Of a stretch of 64,000 nucleotides of DNA, positions 26,973 to 40,232 are shown one piece after another. The position numbers and the translations under genes are program-made. The notes beneath the pieces are model-generated. The model was not told where the DNA came from, did not search any database, and worked only from the letters and a program-made list of their open reading frames with translations. Source of the stretch: Lama guanicoe (Eukaryota). The stretch's first letter is position 1. Each line of letters opens with the position of its first letter. The stretch lies in contig MU053810.1 in NCBI GenBank assembly GCA_013239625.1, positions 3,566,071 through 3,630,070 on the forward strand, read 5' to 3'.

Positions 26973-27110
26973 GGGAAGGGAATGTAACTCAGTGGTAGAG
27001 TGCATGCTTAGCATGCACGAGGTCCTGGGTTCAATCTTCGATAAATCTGTTTAAATAAATAAATAAATACATACATACATAAAGCTAGTTACCTCTGCCT
27101 CCCCAAAAAA
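26973..27110 (+). mobile_element. tRNA-Ala(AGC)-derived SINE (camelid vic-1 type)
   Basis: A box TAACTCAGTGG, CTTAGCAT anticodon loop, B box GGTTCAATC, (TAAA)n, TTACCTC...CCCC(A)n; imperfect TSD AAGAAATTT/AAGAAGTTT. Confidence 0.88.
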
Positions 27111-28598
27111 GAAGTTTTGCTGGTTCAGCCATTTTTTTTCCTATTCTATAAAAACTTTCAGAGTCACTCTTCATTAACTGAATACAGATCAACAACCACA
27201 TTTTATAAATCCACAGGAGGTAAGGAAAGTTACTTTCAAATAAGAAAAATTAGAACATAAACTTCTGGGCGGTAGGTTTCCTCCTGTAAATTGTTTTAAG
27301 AAAAAATTTTAAGAAGTTAACAGATCAGCTCCATATATGTTGTAAATCAAACATGTTAGTAACAACACGGGTTTTCCCAGCACCTGTCATGCACCTCACT
27401 CAGTGTTTAATGGAATGACAAGAATGGAAAAAACAAGCAATATAAGTTTTTATTTTTGTTTTCTTTTGAGAGGATAGTGAGATAAGTTTCTGTTTGACAA
27501 TCTGAAAGCCAGGAGCAGTTCTAATCTCTTCTTGTGTATCTAAAACTATTTCATGATTCGAGTGATGACCACATGCTATTAAGAAAGAACACATCACAAG
27601 TAGTTTAAAAACTGCACATTATTAGAGAATTAATAAGAGAAGTGACTTTGGGGAAAAAATGGCTAAAGGAGGGGTTGAGTAACAGAGAAGGAAAGCAAAA
27701 GTTTTCTCTCTCAAATGGAAAAGAGTAGGTAGTTGAAAATTTAGGGGAAGTTAGTTGTATAGAAACCTTCTGATTTGAAAAGGTTTAACCAAAAAAGTTC
27801 TGCCTTTTCTACTCAGTAAAAATACATGGTTAGTTAGTTTGTTTTCTCTAGGTTGCATGAGGGGAGGCAAGGCGAGAGACTCAGAATGGGATATTACTAA
27901 AAAGATAATATAGACTTGATTAGTTAGCACCAATACCCTCAATAGCCTGATTATTGGCTGTAAAAGTAGAAAGACACTGACAACTGTAAGAAACTACAAT
28001 TTTTTTTTTGCCAAACTGGTCTGAATTCCCAGAAACTTGGCCAAAACTAGGAGAAATTTTAGAGAAGTAAGTTTTCTAATCAAGATTAGGGATGCAGTCA
28101 AAGATGGACCCAATTGTGATGAGCTGTAGTGACCGACAGTGAAAATGAAAGCCAAGGTTTATCAAGTTCTGCTCTATTTTATTTGTAGAGACTGAGTTTT
28201 CTATTGTTTTAGGAGAGAGTTACTTTTATTTTATTTATTTATTCTTTTTATTTTAAAAAGAACAGCGAATGAGGAATCATTATCACCTCCCACTAGAGAG
28301 CCCCTCTCGGTAAAGCCTGGTAGTTAAGCGGCTGCAAACACAACTTCTTTCTATCACTCGGGAGGTCACCACTCTTACTGGCAGATATAACTTTGAGGAG
28401 TCAATAAAATTCTTAAACCCTGAATTTATAATGTAAAAATGATGATGTTATAAATTAATGAACACACTGAAAGACTCATTGAGAACGTATTAGCGTAATG
28501 AAATAAATTCAGTCAGAAACCCAATTTCAAATTATTGGGATATCTAATGCAAAATGTTATTAGACATTACTTATTGTCACCCCATTCCCTCTGCTTTA

Positions 28599-28696
28599 AC
28601 TTTATGTTTTGTACTGAGTTATGGTCACTTTACAAGGTTGTGTCAATTTCTGGTGTATAGCACAATTTTTCAGTCATACATGAATATACATATATT
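28599..28696 (-). mobile_element. ~100-bp L1 3' end with a perfect 16-bp TSD
   Basis: TTGTGTCAATTTCTGGTGTATAGCACAATT terminus; CATTCCCTCTGCTTTA at 28583-28598 and 28697-28712. Confidence 0.88.
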
Positions 28697-29569
28697 CATT
28701 CCCTCTGCTTTAGACTCAAGTTCTTTAAAGATAATGATCCCCTGAGCCTAAAACATTAGAAAGCACCCTATAAATATGTATTTGATCAATAATGAATGGT
28801 TCAGTCACAGCCTCTCTCTCTCTCTCTCTCTTTCATTTGTCTGTCGCAATGTCTACTCACCCCAAAGGACTTTACAACCTAATTTTGAGAGGCTTACTAA
28901 TAACTGTTATGTAAGTCCCTACATAGTAAGGGCTGGAATAGTACTAGGAAGAAAGGACTTCGGAGCACACAAGAGAAAGTCACTAATCCCAGCTGAGCAT
29001 CCTGAAAGCTTTATGATGGAAATCACATTTGATCTGCAGTGAAGAGACCGGGAGACTAGGGAGAAATGCATTCCAGATATGAACAGAAGTAGAATGGAGG
29101 GGAAAGGGAAGGGTGGGTGGGGGATAAAAGAACATATGACAACGCTAAAATACAAATTGCACGGGCCCAAAACTGGGAGGCCAGGCTGAAAGGGAAGGTT
29201 GAGTTGAGACAGTGGGGGGCTTTGAGTGCCTACTTCTGGGGCCCCATCTGGCCTTCTTCAAGCATCTCTCTCCTCTAACATGGTGATCCTAACACTCTTT
29301 GATGATGCAAGCCATACGTAACAATTTCTAGTACGAGCCCCAATATACAAATACTAATTTTTAAATCACATACTAATATACGCTACTGTATATATCATGT
29401 CCCTTGTCTAGGAAAGCACGGTGAAGCTTTTCTATGATGAATAATATTTTTATGAATATAAACTCAAAATCTATTAACAATAAAACTCACACTTTTTGGT
29501 TCAAAATTTCCAATATGTTTTCTGTAGGCAAACTTATCCTACAGAAACCACTTCTGAAATGGACAAGGA

Positions 29570-29880
29570 GGTTTGTTAGCACATTTGGAAAACATTTATC
29601 ATGAGCCCATAATTTACCAGACACCATGCTGGGCACAGGGGATGCATGGGGAGCACAAACAGATATACCCCTGGACACATGAAGCTCAGAATCTGGTAGA
29701 GGCCTCAGACTTTCATCAAATATTACACACAAGTGTGTGTAAAATTTGAGTTGGATCTGGCAATGGTGGAGAGGTCTGTGGAGCTATGAAAGCATGTATT
29801 AGGACAGCAAAAGTAACTCAGGGGTCAGGGAAGACATCCTGAAAGAGGGACACATGGGCAGAAATCTGAAGACTATGAAC
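29570..29880 (-). mobile_element. L2 fragment
   Basis: AAACATTTATCATGAGCCC...CCAGACACCATGCTGGGCACAGGGGAT...GGGGTCAGGGAAGACATCCTG, typical of antisense L2. Confidence 0.6.
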
Positions 29881-30689
29881 GAGCACGTTCCTTATAGCAC
29901 TATTTATAATAAAACCATTGAACAAGCTGATTACATGCAAGAATAATTAAATAAACCATCATACAGCCACTTAGTGAAATGCTATCCAACTACTAAAGGA
30001 GGTAAGTCCTACCATGGAAACAAGTCTAATATATTGCCAAAGTGTATGAGACTATATTTTATAAAATTTCATTTATGTTAAGAATGTTCCATATATATAG
30101 AAAAAGCTGAATATATACACATACATACATACAGACACAGAGAGGTTGTTTGCTTTGGGGATTATGGTAGATTTTCACTTTTTACTTTAAGTATTTCTGT
30201 AATGTTTGAATATTGTATAACTCTGTATTATGTTTATAATAAAAAAATTTCAAAAACTGTGTTCTAGGTCTTGCAATTGGTTTGGGGGCTCAAGATACAG
30301 AAACATGCACATATAATTGTCATTCTGATACAGATTTATACAGTCCCATCAAACAATATTTTAAGTACACATTAAATGATGTGTTCTGGGAATATTTACC
30401 ATTATCACTAGTGATTCTGAACTAATGACACAGGAAGCCTAAACTCCAAGTTGGCACCAAATTTATATTCAGTCTTGCAGGAAGGAGAGAGATGAGATGA
30501 TTTCCTGAGATCTCCATCCTTCTCATCAGTTTCTTAAGGATTATAGTGCATAAAGTAAGATGTTTTGTTAAAGGGATAAAAACACTCTGTGGGTGTTTGT
30601 AAAAACAGAGGTCCTGGGAACCATGGACTTTAGGGAGTTACCCAGCCCTCACACCTTAAAACTGCCAAGGGTTTGTTAAAACGGTCACA

Positions 30690-30880
30690 CAGCACTGCCG
30701 TGCGGTTCTCAGCTGTTCGTGTGCCAGGGGATCAGTGGCGAGCTTGTAAAACACGAGGATTCCCAGGCTTGCTTTGGATGTGCTGAGTCAGAATCTCTGG
30801 GGGACGCCTGGGGTCTGCATTGTAAGATTCTGCATCGTGGTTCTGCCCTAAGTAGCTCCAAACCCCACTTTCAGAAACAC
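30690..30880. mobile_element. MER5-like DNA transposon fragment
   Basis: GGTTCTCA...GAGCTTGTAAAAC...GATTCCCAGG...GAGTCAGAATCTCTGGGG...CTGCATT motifs. Confidence 0.55.
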
Positions 30881-31665
30881 AGTCCTCTGTGGATCCAACT
30901 CCTGCCTTGACAAAGAGGGTGTTGCTGGCTTGAGATGAGGAAAATGCCAGAACAAGAAATCGTCTTCTTCCTGAGAGATTTTGAATAGTGGGTGAAAGGA
31001 AACTTTGAAGCCAATTAGGAGAAATGTTTTTCCTCCTTCCATTTCCTTAGACTTTATGAAAGGCAAGACGTCTTAATAAGAGCTGCTTTGACCCATTATC
31101 CATCTTTTGTGTCCTTAGTGAGCACTGACTTATTAATTACAAGCCAGTGCCTTTCTCAATGCCTTTCGCCATCAGTGCCTTCATGTTCCTGGGACAGTAG
31201 GCTGGTTCGTCTGAGCCCACAGAGCACGGTTATGTTACAGGGAAGCCATTTTAATGGGGGTAATTGAGGGAGGGGGTGAGGAATGGTTGCAAGGGGGGAA
31301 AATGCGTGATGTGGAAGGAAAGTCCTATCCTGTCCGTCAAGGAAGAACACTGTACTTTCTTAGTCTTATATGGACACCGATCAGGGACCTAGTTACTATT
31401 TTAGCCTTCCATAGAGGAGACCACTGCGGCACTCTGACTATACCCATTTCTGTAATTTAGAGGTCATGTTCTCTTAAAAAAGCAACATTTATGTTTTTTC
31501 AGTTTATAAAAGAACACATTATCTCTATGGTTTACCAATAGTTGACAGAGAATTTACAAAAAAAATAAATAAATAAATTAGAAAACTGCACCTGCGATAA
31601 TAGAGGTATTCTTTGTATTTAATACAAAATAATATTTAATACAATTATATTACAAATGCAGATTA

Positions 31666-31790
31666 GGGGGAAGGTGTAGCTCAAGGGGTAGAGCACATGC
31701 TTAGCATGCATGCGGTCCTGGGTTCCATCCCCAGTACCTCCTCTAAAAATAAATAAACCTAATTACCTCTCCCCACCAGGAGGAAAAAAA
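31666..31790 (+). mobile_element. tRNA-Ala-derived SINE (vic-1 type)
   Basis: GGGGGAAGGTGTAGCTCAAG...CTTAGCATG...GGTCCTGGGTTCCATCCCCAGTACCTCC, then AAATAAACCTAATTACCTC; imperfect TSD AAATGCAGATTA/AAATACAAGTTA. Confidence 0.9.
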
Positions 31791-33194
31791 ATACAAGTTA
31801 ATTATATTTAATACAAAATCCTACCATCTATGAATTTCAGAGCATAGAACCAATCCATTAATTTTTTATTACTTTCCAGGTGTAAATCAATCTCTTTCTC
31901 CCTCTAGCCCCCCTTCTCTGTCTCAACAAATACTCAGAAAAGCAAGGGGAAATGTTGCCATTCTTCTCAGAAGGCCCTGATTTCCCATCCTTATAAAAAA
32001 TTAACAGGCTTGAGGATAAAGTAATTAATAAAAATGACTGCTTTTTTCCAACCCCAAATAATTAAAGTATTTCTAAACCCCACTGTAAACCCCCAGTAAG
32101 TATTTCAAAATAGCTTTGTTTACTGGGCCTAAGAGTAGAATGCATTCATTTTTTTAAATTAAAAAATTCAGAGAAGTAGTAAAAATAGAACAAATACATC
32201 ATTAATCTACTACCTGGGAACTACAGTTAACCGTTTAGTATATTTCCTTCCAATCTTTTCTATTACTATACGTGAAATTATATACATAAGGTCACAAAAT
32301 ATATACAATTGACTATACACAATTATGTTTTAAGCTATTTTTACTTATAATACCAAGAATATTTTGAATATTATTTGAAAATAAAATATTAAAATATTTC
32401 TCCAGTTTCCCACCATAATTTAAGTAACACCTCACCTATTGTTGGACTTCTCAGTAATTTCCAAATTTCTTTGAACAAGAAACTAGGATGAAAAGTATTT
32501 TATTAGTGGATTTTAGAGGTGGAATTGTCTATATTCCGGAGACAACCATGAGAAGCTGATTCTAGCCATCAAAAAACTTTTAAGAACACGAATATCAAAT
32601 CCAGTTTTAAGTTGTCTGTATCTCTGTGGTTTAAAACAATCGCCCCTACCCCAGGCCAGTGGCACAGACTGAGCACCTCTGCTCTGTGTGCGAGGTTCCT
32701 GGGAGAATCAAGGAATGGGCTTGAGGATGGGCGGTGGGTGTGAAAAGAGAAAAACAACCGTGGTGAGTCATGAATGAGATCAAGTGTCCAGAGGTGACCA
32801 GTGTGGCGGGAAGAGTTTAAGTGCCCAGGAATTTGCAGAAGTATCAGAGAAAGGCACTGTGCTTCCTAAGGACAGAGAACGAAAGGCTTGTGCCAATTTT
32901 ATTTTAACTTTAAAAGGTCACGATGACCTCAGCTGGTATCTATGAAACAAATAACGCTGACAGAATAGGACACAGTTAGATTTTGATTTTTTTAATCCAC
33001 TGGGGGAGTCTCTGTCTTTTAACAGAGGAGATTTTAACATGTACCCGTCTTTTGTTAGCTCATTCCAAGCTTTTGGTCAAAAAAAAATACTCTTTATAAA
33101 AATTATTTGGAGTTTCATTTTTAAAATTTTGCTTTAGCTGTAAGGACTATGTTTGCTTTGTCCTCATCCCCTATAGTGATTTGGAAGTCACATA

Positions 33195-33657
33195 TTGTCA
33201 CAGGTCAGGTTCCCCAAAAAACAGGAGGAGATTTGCCTGCAGGAAGTTTGCTAGAAAGTGCACTCAGGGGCAGTGTGAGGAACACAGGACTGGGCTGAGG
33301 GAGAAGGGAACTTCAAAGCAGCTGCAACAGGGGACTCAGTCTAGTCTACGTGGAGCTCTGAGATTAGGGTGGCCCTTCTAGAAGATTCTAAATTGATGTG
33401 TGGGGGATGGGAGAGGGAGGGTTGGCAGGTGGAGAGGTCAGTCATGGATGCAGTCTGTCCCTGGATAAATGAGAGGGATCATGTGGCCACGTCCTAAGGG
33501 CAAGGAAGCTCCTCCACCTGAAGGCACATCCTGGGGAGAGACCCACCCGTGAGCCTTCAGCCAGCAGCACCCCCAGCAGCTGGGAGAAGGAAAGTCTCCC
33601 TTCTGAAGAGGGGTCTAGGGGGTACGATCTGGGGGTATCTGCAGTGCTCACTCCACA
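33195..33657 (-). mobile_element. LTR33-like ERVL LTR
   Basis: TGTCACAGGTCAGGTTCCCC...GAGATTTGCCTGCAGGAAGTTTG...GCAGCACCCCCAGCAGCTGGG...CCACA pattern. Confidence 0.6.
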
Positions 33658-35256
33658 TAGCTTCGTATTTTTCTGCTAGCATTTTCCTATAGATTATAAA
33701 TACCTGGACTTCTTTTCTCTCATTTTGTCTGGTAAACATATAAATAACCTTGCATAGATGTTGTCTTTAATTTGGTTCTTTTTTTTTTTCAGTTGTTACA
33801 CATGGGCACTATTCATATCTGTGAATATTCATTTATATTAAATGCTTAAAAGTTAGTTTTTGCTACTGTATATTTCCACTCTAATTAGATCAGAAGTAAT
33901 GAAAATTTTCATATATATATTTTTTCCTGAAGCCAATCTGCTTTATCAGTCAAGCAGTTCTTTCACTGACTAGGTGTCTGCAAACAGACATTTCTTTAGA
34001 GATCCTGACAAGCAGTATGATGGCCTTGCAGTTACTTTGGTTTTTTTCTCGTCCTTAGAATGTCCTTTCCTATTTCTATGTGAACCTCATTGCATAAGGG
34101 TTGAAGTAATTAATTAGCCAATTTGTAGGTAATTCTTTCTGACAAGCTAGCCACCGCCCTTTAGCAAACGTGTAAAATGAGCAATCTAGGAGACATGCAT
34201 TAAATTCACTAATTAAATTAAGTACCAAACCAAGGACTTCCAGGGCCCATGTTTCTTTTGTAAAGCAAACAGACGTTTTATAATTGATAACTACACTGCA
34301 GTCAATCATTTAATTGTAAATAGTGCCCAAGCATAAGGGTAAATTTATAAAACAACATTCAATATCAAATGTACACTAGAGCCTGAACATTTCTATCATT
34401 GGATTTTCAGAGGCGTTTCCCCATGGATATTACCAATGGGGACATTTCTTCTGGAGTTAGAAGAGAGAATATATGGAGTGTATCATACCTACTAATACCC
34501 TGGGCTACATTGGTGGTGTGACAAGAATGTCACTCGCCACATCTGAAAGACGTGACCACACAGGAGGGTAATTACTGCAATCTGTCCCCACTGCAGAGAA
34601 AGCATGACCCCGGTTTGGTGATACAGGCAAATAGTTCCCAGGTGATGGGAACTGGAGGCCATTGCAAGGCTCTCTGCCCCAAAGGAATAGGGCTTCCTAT
34701 GGACTTGTCACCCTTCTTATTTTGCCTGTTACACTTTTATGTTCAATGGAAACAGCGGTGAATGGCGAAATCTGTAAATAGGTGTTGAATTTATTCATCT
34801 AAACCTCAGGATGGAGGTCTGGATTGGCACTGTGTATTTCAGAGTAGAGATTCACCAAGGAGGGGAGACAAAGTGCAAAGCGGACACGCTGAGGTGGTGG
34901 CCTGAAGAATACTAGAGCTTGAGTGCTGGGGGCAGAAGATCCTGTGAGGGAAACTGCACGGAGCCTGAGAGCGCCAGAGCACGTGAGCCCGTGGTAGGGG
35001 GCGGGGACGGGGGTGATGCTGCTTCTGGCTTCCAAGTGGGAGAAGAAGAAGAAAGAAGAAGCAAGTGTGTGCTCAGCTCTGGGTCTGAGTCACCCCACAA
35101 GCAGCATCTCCTTCCTTTCCTGCAGGATGGAGCCGGAGGTCGAGCCCACACCCAGGGGGCGAGGTCTACCTCAGCTTGAAGCATCAGAGAAAACCTTCTC
35201 AGGAGATATGGACAGATACGACGTCGCATGTGAGGTTAAGACACAAATACCTCTGC

Positions 35257-35738
35257 CATAAAAAAGAGTGACATAATGCCATCTGCAGCAACATGGATGG
35301 ACCTAGACATTATCATACTAAGGGAAGTCAGAGAAAGGAAAATATTACATGACATCAATTCTATGTGGAATCTAAAAAAATGATACAAATGAATTTCTTA
35401 CCTACAGATCAGAAATAGACTCCCAGGCATAGAAAACAAACTTATGGCTACCACAGGGGAAAGCGGTGAGTAGGGGAGGGACATATTAGGAGTTTGGGAT
35501 TAACAGCTACACACTACTAAATATAAAACAGATAAACAACAGTGACCTACTATACAGCACAGGGAACTATAGTCAGTATTGTGTAATACCCTATAATGGA
35601 AAAGAATCTGAAAAACAATTATTTTATATATATGTATATATATATATATGTGTGTGTGTGTGTAGAACTGAATCACTTCGCTGTACAACTGAAACTAACA
35701 CAACACTATAAATTAACTATACTTCAATTTAAAAAAAA
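35257..35738 (+). mobile_element. 5'-truncated young L1 3' end
   Basis: GCCATAAAAAAG...GCAGCAACATGGATGGACCTAGA through ACTATACTTCAATTTAAAAAAAA, with an internal (TA)n(TG)n tract. Confidence 0.9.
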
Positions 35739-36359
35739 GATAGGCATAACTCAGACTGTAAAGCCAAGTTCAGAATGATAGGAACAACTCATCAGAGGAG
35801 CAGCAGCAAGGACAATATGTACCAGACCCGGAGCCGAGGGGCCCTGGGCTCTGACAGTAACAGGCGCCGCCCTGGACAATGCGGCCACTATGACTACCCG
35901 GCACCACCTCACCACCCTGGCGGGGCTCCAGCCCCCAGTGCAGCCCCTCCCATCCCAGAAGGCCCCTGGTAGGAAGCAAAGCCTGCTAAATAGGGAAAAG
36001 GAGAAGCTTAAATGCAAATAAATGAGTGGGGGGGAAAAAAAAGAAAAGAAAAAGAAGAGAAACCAAAAGTTTCAAACAGAAAACCAAAATATTTCCTTTA
36101 TTTCAAATTCTATGCTAAGCGGAATAATATTATATACCATTCGGGAAATGTGAAATAAAACTGTTAGACAAACAGAATATTTAATTTTTTTTTAAATCTA
36201 AGAGGAACAGGGGGGTAACAAAGGATTCATTGCGTGTTACTTCTATATTCTAAGAGCTGATTTTAAAGAAAAATAGCACTTTCCCAAGAATTAATTTTGT
36301 CTTAGATGGTAAATTTATATTCATAAAGATTCACACAAAGAATAACACTGGTCACACAT

Positions 36360-38640
36360 CCATGCATTTATTTGTTCCTTTAACAAGTATTTATTGATGG
36401 TCTCCTTGCTTCTTGATGCTGGGCTGTGCACTGGGCATGGCTGTGGTGAGCCAGGCCAGCCTGGTGCCTGTGCTCACAGAGTGCCCCTCAGTTAAGGGAG
36501 GAAGACATCAGTCACACGATCATACCAATCACTGTAAAACTGAAACCACACTAGATGATATTTGATTGTAGGGACACTTGACTTTGAGCCATAAAAGAAG
36601 TCTTAACTAAGGAAGTGACAATTCCAAACAGAGAGAACAGCATTAGCAAAGGCCCTGTGGCATGAAGTAAAATGACCTGAAAGGCCACCGTGGCATCTAT
36701 CTGAAGAAGCAGGACAAAGAGTTTTATCTTTTCTTAAAAAAAAAAAATTCAAGTACAGTTGATTATACAATATCACATTAATTTCAAGAATTTCATCTTT
36801 ATTCTTAGAGCAGTGGACGCTGTGGAAGGGTTTTAAGCAGAAGAATGGCATTCTCAGAACTACATTTCCAAAAGATCATCACCCTGGCTTCTGAGTGGAG
36901 GAGAGGGGGAAACTGTGGTTTCTGGGAGATCAGTGCAGTGAGCTAGGTAGTTTTAGGAAGAGGCGACCAAAGTCATGTAGACAGGAGGTACCGTGGCTTG
37001 GGTTAAGGTAGAGAATGGATTTGAGATATTTAGGAGATACAATCAACAGCACCAGATGTTAGAATGAATATGAGTGAGGGAGTAAACCTTCCTACATGGC
37101 TGGTGGGAATGCAGTTTGGTGCAGCCACTGTGGAAAACACTATGGAGATTTCTCGAAACACTAGGAATAGACTTACCATATGGCCCAGGAATCCCACTCC
37201 CGGGCATATATCCAGAAGGAACTGTATTTCAAAAAACACCTGCACCCCAATGTTCATAGCAACACTATTTACAATAGCCAAGACATGGAAACAGCCTAAA
37301 TGTCCATCGACAGATGACTGGATAAAGAAGATGTGGCATATTTATTCAATGGAATACTACTCAGCCATAAAAATCAACAACATAATGTCACTTGTAGCAA
37401 CATGGTTGTCCCTGGAGAATGTCATTCTAAATGAAGTGAGCCAGAAAGAGAAAGAAAAATACCATATGAGATCGCTCATATGTAGAATCTAAAAAAGAAA
37501 AAGACAAATGAACAAAAATACAAAACAGAAACAGACTCATAGATATAGAATACAAACTTGTGGTTGCCAGGGGTTGGGGAGGAACAAACTGAGAGTTCGA
37601 AATTTGTAGATACTGACAGGTTATATATAGAATAGATAAACAAGATTATACTGTATAGCACAGGGAAACATATACAAGATCTTGTGGTAGCTCACAGTGA
37701 AAAAGAATGTGACAATGAATATATGTATGTTCATGTATAACTGAAAAATTCTGCGACTAGGAAAAATCAGACACACCATTGTAAACTGACTATAACTCAA
37801 TAAAATAAAATAAAATAAATATGTGAGTGAGGGAGAGAAGGGAGGTTAAGAGAGATTCCTAGACACCTGGCTTATACAACAGGAAAGATGGAAGTGCCAT
37901 TTGCTGAGATAGGGAAGTAGATGAGGACCTTGGACTGGTGGATGAGAAGATCATGAATTTAATTCTGGACCCGTACACGTACCTTTGAGACATTCACATG
38001 GAGATGATGTGTTGGCAGGTGGATAAATGGGTCTGAGGCTATGATGAAATGTCTGGTCTAGAGATACGCATTTGTAAGTCATCTGAGAATATTTGTGATA
38101 GATCAGTTCATGCAGGAAGAGAACACAGAGTTCAAGAAGAGAGGGGGACTGGCACTGTGTGGTGAATAGTTAATGGCTGAGTATAAGAAGATGAGTGTGT
38201 GAAGGAGAGGTGGCAGCCAGAGATGAAAGAAGACAAGAAGAGTCCTGCATCACCCAAGCCCAGGAAAGACTTCATTTCAAACAATGAGACTGACGAGCAG
38301 TGTCAGATACTGCTGTGTGATGGGGTCTGAGAGCTGTGATGTGTCCTCTGGATCTAGGGACACAAAGGTCATGTTGACCCTAGCAAGACTGGTTTTGATG
38401 GAGAAGTGAGTGGACTCCAGAAGGAGGCATTGGGGAAATATGTGGAAAATGGCAGGAGTGGGGTGGGCAGTGAATACAGAAAATTCAAGTGCATTGGCTA
38501 TGACGGGACAGCTGGAGAGATGGTTGAGTGGGCATAAGAGGCTGAGTGCATGGTCCTTGGCTGTGACAATCGGATTCAGCTTAGAGAGAGATTCTGCTTG
38601 AGGGGAAAGTTACTAAAGAGTGTAATGTTCCTGAGGAGAA
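36360..38640 (-). mobile_element. L2 element interrupted by a young L1
   Basis: L2 3' signature CATTTATTTGTTCCTTTAACAAGTATTTATTGA; AGCAAAGGCCCTGTGG; GAAGGGTTTTAAGCAG; resumes after ~37833 with GATGGAAGTGCCATTTGCTGAGATAGGGAA. Confidence 0.75.
37083..37818 (+). mobile_element. 5'-truncated young L1 inserted in L2
   Basis: ORF2p C-terminus TCTPMFIATLFTIAKTWKQPKCPSTDDWIKKMW; (AAAAT)n tail; TSD TGAGTGAGGGAG on both sides. Confidence 0.92.
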
Positions 38641-38764
38641 GGGTGGGGAAGGGAGGGTTATGAATGCTGGTATCTAGACAATGACAGAGTCCTACATATA
38701 CATACATCCATAAACTTGCCAATTAAAGACGCCAATCTAGTCACCTCTTGGCTTTCTCTTCTTT

Positions 38765-39420
38765 TTATTTTTAATTTTTATTAACTTTTTATTATGGAAA
38801 ATGTCAAATATACAAAAGTAGAGAGGAACATATATAATGACCATCATTTAACCATCCCCCAGCTCCAACAACTATCAAGTCAAGGCCAGTCTTGTTTCAT
38901 CAATATCTCCAACACACTTAACATCCAGACTTATTATTTTAAAGCAAATTCCAGGCATTATTTCAACTGTAAATAGTTGAAGATGTATATCTAAAAGGAC
39001 TCTTATTTTCAACATAACCACAATACTGTTATTCCAGCTAATATCAAATATCAAGTCAATTTTCAAATTATCCAGATTGTCTCATAAACGTATTTATTTT
39101 ACAGTTCGGTCAAATCAGGATCCAAAAAAAGATCCATTTTAACAATTGGTTGATGAGTCTCTTAAGTCTCCTTTAATCAATAGGTTCATCCTCCATTTCT
39201 TGCACCATTTACTGAAGGTACTGGCTCTCTTGTCCTGTCGAGTTTCCTGCAGTCCAGATTCTGTTGATATCATCTCTTGTGATGTAGAGTAATGATTCTC
39301 TGTTCCTTATATTTTCTATAGATTAGAAATTATGTCTAGAGGCACAGTCAGATTTAGGTTCAAAATTTTGGCAAATATATTTTATAGGTGGTGTAGTGTG
39401 CTGCCACCAAGAGGCACACA
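38765..39420 (-). mobile_element. Old L1MC/ME-type 3' fragment
   Basis: TTTTTATTATGGAAAATGTCAAATATACAAAAGTAGAGAG terminus; TTATTTTAAAGCAAATTCCAG; AATCAGGATCCAAA. Confidence 0.7.
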
Positions 39421-39969
39421 ATGTCTGGGATGACATAGACATACGAGTAATATCCAATATCTCACAGCTGCCTTTAAACTCCTGAGTGACACCTGATAAA
39501 CAAAAGCCACATATAAGCTAAACAGACAGCATTTACTGTACTACTACCAGATTAGATGGTAAATGCTTTATCACTCAGTGTCATTACAAAATATTTTTTA
39601 GACAAACCTTCATTGATATCTACCATATTTCAAGTGATGTCTTGTATGCTAGATATATAAAAGGACTAAGGAAATAAGGGCCTTGCACTCAGTGTCATAG
39701 AACCTGATGGTAAATATAGACATATAATCATAAAAGCACAAAAAAAAAAGGCCATAGATGCCAAATTAGGAGTCTGTACAGATACAGTAGTATGCAACAA
39801 CCTGGAGAATAGTCATTGCAATAAACAGGGTGGAAGTGTCCGAAAGCATGGGATGAGCTGTGTCCTTGGGAGCGTAAAAGAGCTCACCTGTCTTCACAAT
39901 TCCATTCATCACTGGATTCACATACTTGATTCTTTCAAAGTAAATCTGACCAACACCTTTGCCATTCAC

Positions 39970-40232
39970 TAGGGATCGCTCTCTGGCAGGGACGGGGCCA
40001 TGGAGTTTCCATTGGTTGGGGAACCGCCCAGCTTTAGTTTTTCCAGATATTCGGCATGCATGGGCTTGTGGCACTGGAGAACCTTGATCGCAGGCCGCCT
40101 GCCGCTGCTTGGTCCCCGCCGCCGCCGCCTCCACCTGCGAGGTGCTCCGAGGTGCTTGGGGGAGAAAGGGCCACGGCGAGGGGCGGGGAGAGAGGCGCCT
40201 CAGCCCGCAAGCCCTTGGAGCTGGGTTGGCTT
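39970..40232 (-). pseudogene. Probable retrocopy fragment of an unidentified gene (may extend to ~39770)
   Basis: CpG/GGC-repeat-rich leader running without intron into a coding-like stretch AIKVLQCHKPMHAEYLEKLKLGGSPTNGNSMAPSLPESDP*; sharp compositional edges against AT-rich repeat DNA. No clear poly(A) or TSD; parent not recognised. Confidence 0.55.
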
